Positions 8,471-17,046 of a stretch of 64,000 nt of DNA are shown here, in pieces. The position numbers and the translations under genes are program-made. The notes beneath the pieces are model-generated. The model searched no databases. It was not told where the DNA came from and saw only the letters and a list, made by a program, of their open reading frames with translations. How positions within the stretch are numbered: position 1 is the stretch's first letter; the number at the start of each line of letters is the position of its first letter. The stretch is from a virus. Location: IMG/VR virus record IMGVR_UViG_3300029240_000008; one strand, written 5' to 3'.

Positions 8471-8883
8471 AACAATTCTCCTTTTCTATATTTTTTATAT
8501 ATTTGCCAACACGCTATTTGCGTGATTGCATCTGTACTGTTTGTTGTTTTGTAGGTTCCCAAACCGCTCTGGATACACTTCCTGATCAGATCCTTAGTTT
8601 CGTACCTACGCTATTTTTCAGGGCTCCAAACCCAAAGCCAATGTCAAGTCCATTCTCGAACCGTTTTGTACCCATGCAAATTCACAGGTCTGTCAAACCT
8701 CAAATATTAAATTTACATGGATTCTAGTGAGTGAACACGTTCCTCACTTTGCAGGTGCAAAATCACCTGTAGCTTGATTAAGCTAAAATTATCTGTTATG
8801 CTATTAGCAAATATAGTTTGCTCTATATTTTGTGTGGAGCAGCTAGGCTGTCGCCAAACAAGTTCCTAGCTGTTCCACTTTTC

Positions 8884-10911
8884 TCAAATTTCCGTTACCG
8901 TCATATCCCCCTCAGAAACTTTCAAGAATATCAACTGCGCATCTGCCTTAATGCCTGCCAGACTGCTGTTATCCAGTTCTGCTGCACAGTCAACGAAAAT
9001 CGGATAGCTCACGCCATAAAACTTCTGCAAGCCGTCCATGATGGCAATTTTTCCTTTCATCATCAGGGCTGTATTGGCGTTCCCAATCAGTTTCTTCCAG
9101 TCGCCGTCCTTGTCCTGCACGTACCAGATGCAAGCATCTACTACTTCACCATTTTTCTGCGTATCAAATAACTTCACCTTAACACCGTCAAAATACTGGT
9201 TTACCGCATCTTCAAGGGCTGTATTCTTTGCCATACTCAGTGATTTCAATTCGTCCAGAATCATCTGTGCATCAGCTTTCTTCTGTGCATACTGTTTCTG
9301 GCTTTCCTGAAGCTTCTCGATCTGTTCGTCGATTCGGACGTTGTTGTTGGCTTCTCCGATTCTCTGATTGACTGCTGCCAATTCCTGTTTTTTGTCGGAT
9401 AACTGCTCTGAAAGCTGTTTCTTCGCTTCTTCTCCATTGTCCAGAGAATTAAGCTCCTGCTGTTTCTCTTTGATTGATGCAAGAATCTGCTGATATTCGG
9501 CATTTCCTGAGAAGTCTGGTTCTGTCGGTATGGCTTCCAGATTCTTGTTTTCTGCATCCAGAGAAGTTTTGATCTGTTCTAATTCCCCTGTCAGCTTGGA
9601 AATCTCGGATGTAAGAGTTTCTTCCTGCTTATGCGCTTCTTTCATATCGACAGACGCTTTGTTTCCAGCCTGAATAACTTCATCAAGTTTGCGTTTCTTG
9701 TCCTGTTCCCATTCTTCCTTAGCCTTTAACTGCTGATTGATTCTTTCCTGCTTTTTCTGTTCAAATCTGCTCTTTAACTGCTCAATCTGCTCTGGCGGAA
9801 GATTCTGACCACAAGTCGGGCAAATGGTCTCTGCATCCTTGAATGTCTCAGATTCAATGTTGTCCAGAGCTGTGTTGTCCCATTCTGTATCTTTGATTTT
9901 GGGATACTGTGTTCTGGCGTTCTGTAACTTTTCGAGAAGTTCTTTCTTCTGCGCTCTCAGAATTACCAAAGCAGAAGTCTCCCTGTTTAATTCGGCTGCT
10001 TTCAGATTTCTTTCTGTCCGCAACTCATTGATTTTAATTTGAATTGCAGTTTTCCTTGTCGAGATTTCTTCATGTGCTTTTGACTCGAAAGAATATTTTC
10101 TAACACCTAAATCTGAAAGTTCTGCTCTGAGTTTGCTGCTACGCTCGTTTCCTGACTGTGCAATCTGCGTTTCAAGGTCAGAAATCTGTTCCTGCAAGGC
10201 ATTCTTCTGCAATTCCAATTCAGCGGTATCAGCATCAACTTTCGACTGCTCCATGCCGATAATCTGGTTTGGAATGGCTTTTAGTTGTTCTTCTGCCTTT
10301 TTCAGTGTTGCACTGTTCATGGCTTTGATTTCGTCTGCCTTGTAGGTTTCCAGAAGTGGTACCAACTCGGCACAATCTGGAACCGTCTTGGCAATCTCTA
10401 AATCTGATTTCCCGGCACCGTCTGACATGGAAAACAGAATCTTTCTGGCATCTGTATCTTTCAGATATGTGAAGATTTCCATGTGAGACAGCATAAGGAA
10501 ATTATCAAAGTCAAACCCCCGTTCTTTCAAATCAGCTTTAAAATCTCTTTCAGCTTTCGGAACGCCGTTGATTTCGTACTTGTTTGATAATGCAACCTTT
10601 CCCGGTTTTCCGTCCTTTGGCTTACTTTCTGTGCGTTTCTGGAACTTCGCTACGCTTACTGGCTTTCCATCAATTACAAGGCCAATATCAACTCTTGGCA
10701 GACATTCTCTGCCATCATCCGGTCTGATATCCGGGTTGCTCTTTAAACTGTAGTCTTTGTCGCAAAACTCCCACATATGAGCGTCTGCCAGTGTGGTTTT
10801 TCCGCATCCGTTCTTCCCGGAAACGACTGTTCTGTGTCCGAACTCTATTTTCTTTTCTGACTGGCCTTTAAAATCGGTCAATCTAATTTCTCTTACTTCG
10901 ATTTTCTTCAT
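8884..10911 (-). CDS. Rad50/SbcC-like coiled-coil ATPase
   Basis: Walker A is SGKNGCGKTTL. A long coiled coil carries a central CPTCG zinc-hook-like CxxC. The C-terminal PIFVDCAAELD is Walker-B-like. Confidence 0.7.
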   Translation of the reverse strand: MKKIEVREIRLTDFKGQSEKKIEFGHRTVVSGKNGCGKTTLADAHMWEFCDKDYSLKSNPDIRPDDGRECLPRVDIGLVIDGKPVSVAKFQKRTESKPKDGKPGKVALSNKYEINGVPKAERDFKADLKERGFDFDNFLMLSHMEIFTYLKDTDARKILFSMSDGAGKSDLEIAKTVPDCAELVPLLETYKADEIKAMNSATLKKAEEQLKAIPNQIIGMEQSKVDADTAELELQKNALQEQISDLETQIAQSGNERSSKLRAELSDLGVRKYSFESKAHEEISTRKTAIQIKINELRTERNLKAAELNRETSALVILRAQKKELLEKLQNARTQYPKIKDTEWDNTALDNIESETFKDAETICPTCGQNLPPEQIEQLKSRFEQKKQERINQQLKAKEEWEQDKKRKLDEVIQAGNKASVDMKEAHKQEETLTSEISKLTGELEQIKTSLDAENKNLEAIPTEPDFSGNAEYQQILASIKEKQQELNSLDNGEEAKKQLSEQLSDKKQELAAVNQRIGEANNNVRIDEQIEKLQESQKQYAQKKADAQMILDELKSLSMAKNTALEDAVNQYFDGVKVKLFDTQKNGEVVDACIWYVQDKDGDWKKLIGNANTALMMKGKIAIMDGLQKFYGVSYPIFVDCAAELDNSSLAGIKADAQLIFLKVSEGDMTVTEI

Positions 10912-10912
10912 A

Positions 10913-11530
10913 TTACAAAATCTCCAATCTTTTTACTGATACCTCCAACGCGGTTAACCATGATTGACTCTGGTCCGACCACAGTTCCCGGCTTTGAAAT
11001 CTTCCGCAGAGTTTGATTTTTGCTCCCTTTTTCAGATTTTCTACGGCATCTGCGTTTTCCTCCCAGCATAAACAACTGATTGCGTCTGATCTGGTATATC
11101 CGGCTTTCTTCTTTCTGTTTACCGCTAGAAGTATTCTTGCCAGCTTCCTGTCGTTGCTTGTGCCAATCATCTTTATTGTCGGCTTTTTAATCAAGTAACC
11201 GGTCAGATAAACTTCGTTTGCATCGTGTTCTTCCAGTCTTTCAAGGTACTGAATGTCCATTGCTCTTACATATGCTGTAAGGCTTTTCTTGCCATCTTCC
11301 CGGACTGTTCGACTTCGCATTTCACCATATACACTGGCAATCAACTCTGTTTCTCTGGAAATCATGTGTTCCGGCACAATAATCGGAAGGATGTCATAGG
11401 ATGTACTCTTTCTAAATATTGTCATTCTTCCCTCGTACATCTTGGTTCCACCGTATTCTTCATGTGAGAATACGAACCCCGCCGGAATGTCACCTGATAA
11501 AAGCACTTGGTTCTCATCTCGCATCTTCAT
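10913..11530 (-). CDS. SSB-like OB-fold protein (divergent)
   Basis: NEVYLTGYLIKKPTIKMIGTS...LARILLAVNRK...CLCWEENADAVENLKKGAKIKLCGRFQSRE follows the SSB OB-fold pattern. The gene sits in the RecT module. Confidence 0.5.
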   Translation of the reverse strand: MKMRDENQVLLSGDIPAGFVFSHEEYGGTKMYEGRMTIFRKSTSYDILPIIVPEHMISRETELIASVYGEMRSRTVREDGKKSLTAYVRAMDIQYLERLEEHDANEVYLTGYLIKKPTIKMIGTSNDRKLARILLAVNRKKKAGYTRSDAISCLCWEENADAVENLKKGAKIKLCGRFQSRELWSDQSQSWLTALEVSVKRLEIL

Positions 11531-11711
11531 TTCCTAAATCACCTTCTTCATTCAACAGCAATAATGTCTCCACAAGAACTGCTGCCTGCTTCAAAACAAT
11601 GTTACTGAGTTTCTTGTTTCTTGCTTCGAGTTTTGCGTTTTCCGCTTCCAGATCACAAATAATCTCGCTTGCAAGTGGTTTCTGTTCGTTGGATGTGTGT
11701 GTTTTTGACAT
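11514..11711 (-). CDS. small coiled-coil protein
   Basis: 65-aa ORF preceded by AGGAGGG SD. Confidence 0.5.
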   Translation of the reverse strand: MSKTHTSNEQKPLASEIICDLEAENAKLEARNKKLSNIVLKQAAVLVETLLLLNEEGDLGNEDAR

Positions 11712-11840
11712 AAAAAATGCCCTCCTAAATTATTTATTGATAAATACAGGAAGGTGTGTTATACTTGTCCTGTATTTAACTTAGCCAAATTAAGTTAGAT
11801 ACGCGGCTCTGCGCGGTATGGTGGTACCCGCAGGGCTTTC

Positions 11841-12599
11841 TTACTCTTTATCTGCTTCTACAAATTCGCCGTTAATGAGTTTATAGAATGTATCTGGCTT
11901 AATCTTTTCACCGTCAACTTTTGCGCTTTTTACATCTACGATGTGGTATTCACCGCCCAGCTCTTTGCATTCTGCCAGTACAATAAAGCATCCAAGTGAA
12001 CCTTTAGCCTTAGAATTGTATCCAATGGCCATTGCGACGCTTTCTTTTCCTTCTACTGTTGCCGCTGACCAGTTTCCGGTGTTGGTTGCCGCTGACCAGT
12101 TTCCGGTGTTGGTTGCCGCTGACCTGTTTCCGGTGTTGGTTGCCGCTGACCTGTTTCCGGTGTTGGTTGCCGCTGACCAGTTTCCGGTGTTGGTTGCCGC
12201 TGACCAGTTTCCAGTGTTGGTTGCCGCTGACCAGTCTCCGGTGTTGGTTGCCGCTGACCTGTTTCCGGTGTTGGACTTTTTATCATCGTCCCAGTTAACC
12301 TGACCTTTGATGTACTCCAGACCGGCTTTAATAATTCCGGCAATTCCGATTTCTGCTTTAATCGAAATCTTCTTTCCTACTCTCTTGCTGTCGTCAGATT
12401 TCTGATCGTTTGCATCCAGCTCGACTTCGCAATATCTGGAATCAGCCGGTGCATAATATCCAAATACATCCAACGGATTCTCACAAGCATGAAATCCCGT
12501 ATCACAAATCTCGGCTCTTTCTTCTTCATACTTCTTTCCGATTTCATACTGAAAATCACGGCATTTTAAGTCTTTGTCAAATCCCTTATAGCATTTCAT
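11841..12599 (-). CDS. phage protein with SAATNTG(N/D)(W/R) nonapeptide repeats
   Basis: Start MKCYKGFDKDLKCRDFQYE at 12599 follows GGAGGACAAGG. There are 8 tandem nonapeptide units. I recall this N-terminal domain plus repeat type from hypothetical Firmicutes phage proteins. Confidence 0.65.
   Translation of the reverse strand: MKCYKGFDKDLKCRDFQYEIGKKYEEERAEICDTGFHACENPLDVFGYYAPADSRYCEVELDANDQKSDDSKRVGKKISIKAEIGIAGIIKAGLEYIKGQVNWDDDKKSNTGNRSAATNTGDWSAATNTGNWSAATNTGNWSAATNTGNRSAATNTGNRSAATNTGNWSAATNTGNWSAATVEGKESVAMAIGYNSKAKGSLGCFIVLAECKELGGEYHIVDVKSAKVDGEKIKPDTFYKLINGEFVEADKE
12058..12273 (-). repeat. 8 x 27-bp in-frame tandem repeat
   Basis: The plus-strand unit is gttgccgctgacc(a/t)gt(t/c)tcc(g/a)gtgttg. 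Copies are nearly identical and differ mainly at a TGG/AGG (W/R) codon. Confidence 0.95.
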
Positions 12600-12790
12600 T
12601 TTTCCTTGTCCTCCAAATTCAGTCCGAGTATAGCTGCACAAACCTCTTTCTTTAAATACGTATTTGCTTCGGTTGTGTTCAGGTACGCTTCAAATGCCTT
12701 TAATCTGCCTACCAGCTCTGCATACTCCTCGGCTACGGTCTCTGCTCTGAAATCCATCTTATTTTCTTTCTCCATCGCAATCCTCCTCAC
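12596..12790 (-). CDS. hypothetical phage protein
   Basis: 64-aa ORF with an ATGA overlap to the next gene. Confidence 0.5.
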   Translation of the reverse strand: MRRIAMEKENKMDFRAETVAEEYAELVGRLKAFEAYLNTTEANTYLKKEVCAAILGLNLEDKEK

Positions 12791-13082
12791 AATACGGACA
12801 TGTGTTGTCCATCAAAATTTTGTTTAAATGGTCAGTTACTTTCTTTACGCTTTCTTCCTGCTGACAACCGCCCTCTACAATGCTGTACATATCAAACTCT
12901 CTTAATGATTCTTTCTTATATATGTTGATGTGTAAGCTGCATCCGATCTTGTAGTTTGCAAAATGAAATGCTACTGTTCTGCCGGTTTCTTTCTGAACTC
13001 TCCTGCACAACTGGTACAGCTCATCTACGGTCTTATCAAATTCATTTATCTTCATCGAAAAGCCCTCCAAGTAAATCATCAA
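12759..13082 (-). CDS. hypothetical phage protein
   Basis: 107-aa ORF with a C-terminal CPYCEEDC. Confidence 0.5.
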   Translation of the reverse strand: MMIYLEGFSMKINEFDKTVDELYQLCRRVQKETGRTVAFHFANYKIGCSLHINIYKKESLREFDMYSIVEGGCQQEESVKKVTDHLNKILMDNTCPYCEEDCDGERK

Positions 13083-13314
13083 ATAATGTTTTTACAACTT
13101 CTTTGATTTTTTCTTTTTGAATAGTTTTAAATTCTTCTTCGTTCATCAGCCCGATTTTGACCGCTTCGTCAATCTCCTGCTTCACAGATTCCTCTGTTTC
13201 TTTGCCATCTTCCATAATGGCTTCTTTGATTCCTCGAACGACAACAGCGAAGTCAGCTATTAATTCTGCTTTACTGCCTTTAAGTGTGACTTCTCCCATT
13301 TTTGCCTCGATCAT
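13042..13314 (-). CDS. hypothetical phage protein
   Basis: 90-aa acidic ORF. Confidence 0.5.
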   Translation of the reverse strand: MIEAKMGEVTLKGSKAELIADFAVVVRGIKEAIMEDGKETEESVKQEIDEAVKIGLMNEEEFKTIQKEKIKEVVKTLFDDLLGGLFDEDK

Positions 13315-13484
13315 CTTTCTTTCCCTCCGATTCTTTTAATTTCATCCGGGTAAATAACCACGAATGATAATGCGAATATTACGATTGCTACTGCAACCGG
13401 CTGTGATGCACTGTCAAATCTCCAGAACGGCAAGTACGGTGACATACCGCCAATCAGAGCTGACAGGATTAATGCTTTTGCCAT
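13311..13484 (-). CDS. 57-aa membrane protein (below the ORF-track cutoff)
   Basis: GGAGGGATAAAAATG start. The product is MAKALILSALIGGMSPYLPFWRFDSASQPVAVAIVIFALSFVVIYPDEIKRIGGKER. Its TGA overlaps the next ATG. Confidence 0.5.
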   Translation of the reverse strand: MAKALILSALIGGMSPYLPFWRFDSASQPVAVAIVIFALSFVVIYPDEIKRIGGKER

Positions 13485-13486
13485 TT

Positions 13487-13648
13487 TTATCCCTCCAATA
13501 TGAGCACAAGCAGGATGTTGTAAACTGGAATATCTGGCATTCCTTTCATGAATAAGTTAATCTCGCATAGATCTGAATACTGTTCTTTGGTAATGTGAAT
13601 GCCGATATTCTCTAAATCCTTTCGGGATGTAGAAAACTGGTTTTTCAC
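13487..13648 (-). CDS. 53-aa hypothetical protein (GTG start)
   Basis: AGGAGGCGAAAAGTG lies immediately after the antirepressor stop. The frame is open to a TAA at 13487. Confidence 0.35.
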   Translation of the reverse strand: MKNQFSTSRKDLENIGIHITKEQYSDLCEINLFMKGMPDIPVYNILLVLILEG

Positions 13649-13658
13649 TTTTCGCCTC

Positions 13659-14351
13659 CTACATTATTATCTGTGCATTACAGTCTCGAATCATAATCTT
13701 TGTATTTGCACATGGCGTCCATTCCTTGATATATTCAACCGCTTCCTGATACCTCAGTTTTGGAATGTTATTCCGGGCATTTACATCAAAGTAAGTTTTG
13801 ACATCCCGGTTGCATTCTGCAAATACTTTCTTCCCGATCTCGTCGTAAGCATTGGATTTCTTGCCACCTAGCACTTCGATTACTACTCTTGAAACTAAAT
13901 CTCCAAGATATTTCTGCTGTCCGTAGTCGATGGTCATTGTGTTCTCAAGTTTCTCGATTCGTTCCTCATGGTCTTGATTGCCCTGAGCCAGTAACTGAAT
14001 CTGTTCTGCTACGGTCATTGGCTTTCTGGAGCCTTTCTCGAAATACTCATCCACCAGTCTGTCGTACACTTCCCACGCTTTGTCAGTGTTCAGCGACTTC
14101 GCATGGAGGAATGCTCCTTTTTCTGTCCAGAGGTAGAGTTTATTGAGATTACTTGGCAAATCGTGATTTTCACGAAACGCCCGAAGCTCATCTCCAGTCA
14201 AGCAAATATAATGTTTTCCATCAACATATCTGTCTTTGTTGTGATTAAAGTTATATGAAACAACTTTTATATCAGTTCCATACGCTTCAGCAATCTGCTG
14301 TGTGGTAAGAACTCGAATATTCTTGTATTCTGTTACTGTTAAGTTATTCAT
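13659..14351 (-). CDS. ORF6N/ORF6C-type antirepressor-like protein
   Basis: YKNIRVLTTQQIAEAYGTDIKVVSYNFNHNKDRYVDGKHY resembles the ORF6N (KilA-N-like) domain. It is the second gene of the early lytic operon. Confidence 0.6.
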   Translation of the reverse strand: MNNLTVTEYKNIRVLTTQQIAEAYGTDIKVVSYNFNHNKDRYVDGKHYICLTGDELRAFRENHDLPSNLNKLYLWTEKGAFLHAKSLNTDKAWEVYDRLVDEYFEKGSRKPMTVAEQIQLLAQGNQDHEERIEKLENTMTIDYGQQKYLGDLVSRVVIEVLGGKKSNAYDEIGKKVFAECNRDVKTYFDVNARNNIPKLRYQEAVEYIKEWTPCANTKIMIRDCNAQIIM

Positions 14352-14503
14352 GATTCTCCTTTCTGCTCAGAACGTCCTTTTCCAGATTCTTTCTCGCTTG
14401 CCATACCCTCGACTTTTCCGAGAATGTAACCTTTGTCAAAATCCGACATTTTCGGAATAGCATCTTTAAGTTTCTCGACAATGCGTTTTTCTTTTTCACT
14501 CAT
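14348..14503 (-). CDS. 51-aa first gene of the early lytic operon
   Basis: AAAGGGGGCAGTGAATAATG start. The product begins MSEKEKRIVEKLKDAIPKMSDFDKGYILGKVEG. It has an ATGA overlap with the antirepressor. Confidence 0.45.
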   Translation of the reverse strand: MSEKEKRIVEKLKDAIPKMSDFDKGYILGKVEGMASEKESGKGRSEQKGES

Positions 14504-14537
14504 TATTCACTGCCCCCTTTCTGTTCGGTATGCGTAT

Positions 14538-14566
14538 ACTATATCACGCTTACAGAACCATGTCAA
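14538..14566 (-). promoter_or_regulatory. early lytic promoter
   Basis: On the minus strand: TTGACA (14561..14566), a 17-nt spacer, then TGATATAGT with -10 at 14538..14543. Confidence 0.6.
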
Positions 14567-14597
14567 CACGTTTTGTTCTTTTTGCGTACTTTTTTTC

Positions 14598-14626
14598 TTT
14601 ACATTTCCGCTTTTACATGGTATATT
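14598..14626 (+). promoter_or_regulatory. repressor promoter
   Basis: TTTACA (14598..14603), a 17-nt spacer, then TGGTATATT with -10 at 14621..14626. It lies 32 bp from the divergent lytic -35. Confidence 0.55.
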
Positions 14627-14647
14627 TATATTGAAAGGAGGTACATT

Positions 14648-15007
14648 ATGAACGAAAGATTGAAAGAATTGCGAAAAGCCTTACGTCTTAGTCAGGAGAA
14701 GTTCGGTGAACTTCTTGGCATAACTAAATCCGGTGTTTCTGATATAGAATCAGGCAGGCGCGAAGTGACAGAAAAGCATATTATTATGTTGAAGAACAAC
14801 GGCGTCAATGAAGATTGGATTCGTACAGGAAATGGTGATATGTTTGTCAAAAAAACCAAAGATGAAGAATTAGCAAAAATGCTTGGAGATATTCAGAATC
14901 TTGGCGAAGAATCATTTAAGCACCGACTTATAACAGCTTTAGCAAGATTAGACGATGCAGGATGGGATAGCTTAGAAAAGCTAATCGACATGATTTCTGG
15001 CAAGTAG
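14648..15007 (+). CDS. XRE-family (CI-like) repressor
   Basis: GAAAGGAGG SD precedes the start. LKELRKALRLSQEKFGELLGITKSGVSDIESGRR is an HTH_3 pattern. The gene is divergent from the lytic operon and has no S24 peptidase domain. Confidence 0.75.
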   Translation: MNERLKELRKALRLSQEKFGELLGITKSGVSDIESGRREVTEKHIIMLKNNGVNEDWIRTGNGDMFVKKTKDEELAKMLGDIQNLGEESFKHRLITALARLDDAGWDSLEKLIDMISGK

Positions 15008-15008
15008 C

Positions 15009-15047
15009 AAAAAAGACAAGGGTAATGCGCAAACCCTTGTCTTTTTC
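15009..15047. terminator. bidirectional intrinsic terminator
   Basis: 9-bp stem AGACAAGGG/CCCTTGTCT flanked by A6 and T5. Confidence 0.65.
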
Positions 15048-15091
15048 TTATTAATATTTTAACAGCGCCTTTACGTATGTGAAAATTACTT

Positions 15092-15409
15092 TTAACCAAT
15101 GTTGATTATTACAATTTTGCACCATTTCAATAATCTCTTTCTTATAATCCATAAATAGCCCTCCCTGTCACAACTACCACCTACATTACAGTATATGTCC
15201 GGCTTGTGGGAAACAGAACCGAACATTAGTTCGTTTTCATCATTATACCACCGATGTTCCCTCTTGGCAACTGCCAAATATACACATGGACTTTTGCTAT
15301 TTCGTAGGCAAACTTCGCAATCGCAAAGAAAATTATGCTTTTGCGAATATAACATCTGATATTGCAGGTTTCCTTGATCTCGCTCAACTCCTGCATCTGA
15401 GCGGAACAA
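15092..15409 (-). CDS. hypothetical ORF overlapping 15226..15558 in another frame
   Basis: 105-aa ORF. The two overlapping frames cannot both be fully coding, so one gene with a frameshift is possible. Confidence 0.25.
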   Translation of the reverse strand: MFRSDAGVERDQGNLQYQMLYSQKHNFLCDCEVCLRNSKSPCVYLAVAKREHRWYNDENELMFGSVSHKPDIYCNVGGSCDREGYLWIIRKRLLKWCKIVIINIG

Positions 15410-15558
15410 ATTTGTTCCGTAGCTTCCTTTGTGATCTGCGCATCTCTGCGGTGGCGTTCTGCTATATCATGTGACGATATATGCACCGCACAGAATATTT
15501 CGTAAAATATCAGGATGAATACGACTATCCTGTATCTGTTCTTTTCCATTACTACCAA
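15226..15558 (-). CDS. hypothetical membrane-anchored protein
   Basis: N-terminal TM segment RIVVFILIFYEIFCAV. A TGCTATAAT extended -10 lies upstream near 15580. Confidence 0.35.
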   Translation of the reverse strand: MVVMEKNRYRIVVFILIFYEIFCAVHISSHDIAERHRRDAQITKEATEQICSAQMQELSEIKETCNIRCYIRKSIIFFAIAKFAYEIAKVHVYIWQLPRGNIGGIMMKTN

Positions 15559-15729
15559 CTCTTTCTAAAAATATATCACGCATTATAGCACGAATTTGTA
15601 TAGTTTTTCTGGCAAGTATAAAATCATGGAATTTTTCTGCAAAAACAATCTATTTTTTTAATATTTTACTATGCACAATTTGCATGAGGTGGTATAATAT
15701 TGTAAAATTTTAACAAGGGAGGGGATTGT

Positions 15730-15978
15730 ATGAGCAAGGGCGAAAAGAAAAAGGATTCAACCCTGAGTGTCATCTCCTGTATTCTGGCAGGTGTGGCATT
15801 CATTCTTCCGTTGCCAATTATCCTATCGTTTCCACTGGCTCTGGCAGGAGCAATTGTAGGATTAGTAGATATTGGCACAAAGAAAGAGGAATATAGACAT
15901 ATTGGCTCATGGTTCGGAATTGTTGTCGGAATCATTGAAGTAGTTTTTATTGCAGTGCAGTATATGAGATTTCTTTAG
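15730..15978 (+). CDS. small integral membrane protein
   Basis: GGGAGGGG SD. The product is 82 aa with 3 hydrophobic segments. A TGGTATAAT extended -10 lies upstream. Confidence 0.6.
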   Translation: MSKGEKKKDSTLSVISCILAGVAFILPLPIILSFPLALAGAIVGLVDIGTKKEEYRHIGSWFGIVVGIIEVVFIAVQYMRFL

Positions 15979-15994
15979 CAGAAAAGAGGGTTTT

Positions 15995-16795
15995 ATGAAA
16001 AAGAGAGTTTGCGGAATTATAACGATGTGTGCTTTTTTATGCATTTCGCCTGTCAATGCCAGTGCTACTTCCTTTGACAACATTAATGAAATGCTTAATA
16101 AGATCAATGGCGAAGATGGGTTTGTCGAAGCATCTGAATGTGTGATTGACAAAAACACTAAATCCTTGCATCTAAGCGTCGTTATAAGTGAGAACGTACC
16201 AGATGATGAAGTTGGCTCATTTGCTTCAAAGGTTTCCAGTGTATTGTCGGAAGCATCTCAGCAGGATTGGTATGATTATGATTATGTTACTGATGATTTC
16301 TATAAGAGTGGTTATGATGGAGTAGTTCTAACAAACGTTTGGAATTTCAAAAATGATACTCTGGCTTGCTCAATTTGGGATGATTCGCTATCAATCACGC
16401 GTCTTTCAGACGGAACTAAATTAAAAGAAGCTGTTTTAAAAGACGTGGAAAGTGAAAATTCTAATTCTCAGGAAAACGATTCTCTTGATGATACCGGCAG
16501 GCTAAATCCAGGTGTTTATATTATTGGCGAAGATATTCCTGCCGGAAAGTACACCTTTTCAATAACCGACGGAGCAGGAATTATCAGCGTATATGACAGC
16601 TACGATGATTATAAGAATGATGATTACGAACATTCAGAAGAATACCATGTCGCTTCAAAAAAATATAAAGAAAGTCTTGGTTCTGACTTAGAAAGCATTA
16701 ATTCTTTGTATTCCAGTGAAATTGGGAATCTACCGTTAGAGAATGGAATGTGCGTAAAAATAGATACTGTTTCAGTTTTATATTTAGCGAAATAA
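15995..16795 (+). CDS. secreted protein (signal peptide)
   Basis: MKKRVCGIITMCAFLCISPVNASA signal-like N-terminus. It is co-oriented with 15730..15978. Confidence 0.6.
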   Translation: MKKRVCGIITMCAFLCISPVNASATSFDNINEMLNKINGEDGFVEASECVIDKNTKSLHLSVVISENVPDDEVGSFASKVSSVLSEASQQDWYDYDYVTDDFYKSGYDGVVLTNVWNFKNDTLACSIWDDSLSITRLSDGTKLKEAVLKDVESENSNSQENDSLDDTGRLNPGVYIIGEDIPAGKYTFSITDGAGIISVYDSYDDYKNDDYEHSEEYHVASKKYKESLGSDLESINSLYSSEIGNLPLENGMCVKIDTVSVLYLAK

Positions 16796-16799
16796 ACAA

Positions 16800-16825
16800 G
16801 AGGGGCAACCGCCCCTCTTTCTTTT
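16800..16825 (+). terminator. intrinsic terminator
   Basis: GAGGGGC-aacc-GCCCCTC followed by TTTCTTTT. Confidence 0.7.
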
Positions 16826-17046
16826 GCCTGTCGTTCTCGCAGGCAGTCTCTCTATCCACACATCCTCCCGGACACAGAAACCATATTTTTCGAATTATGT
16901 CAAACTTTAATGCTTTACACTAACAATTTCAAGTGCTACACTTTGTTTGTGGGGCAATAATACCACAAACAAAAAGAAAAATGTGTGTACTGTCAAAATC
17001 ATTGCGTATTTTGACAAAATTGAGACTACGAAAGGAGGGCGCGCAT

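Noticed and set aside
8503-9310. Plus-strand ORFs 8503..8727, 8818..9171 and 9038..9310.
   Set aside because: The first lies in the hairpin-dense spacer without an SD. The others are antisense shadows of the ATPase gene.
12058-12273. Possible CRISPR array (regular 27-bp repeats).
   Set aside because: The units are directly adjacent with no spacers. They are in frame and encode a nonapeptide repeat inside a well-supported CDS.
15092-15558. Toxin-antitoxin pair next to the repressor.
   Set aside because: The two ORFs overlap extensively in different frames rather than being tandem. No recognisable toxin or antitoxin motif is present. A single frameshifted or mis-called gene is more likely.
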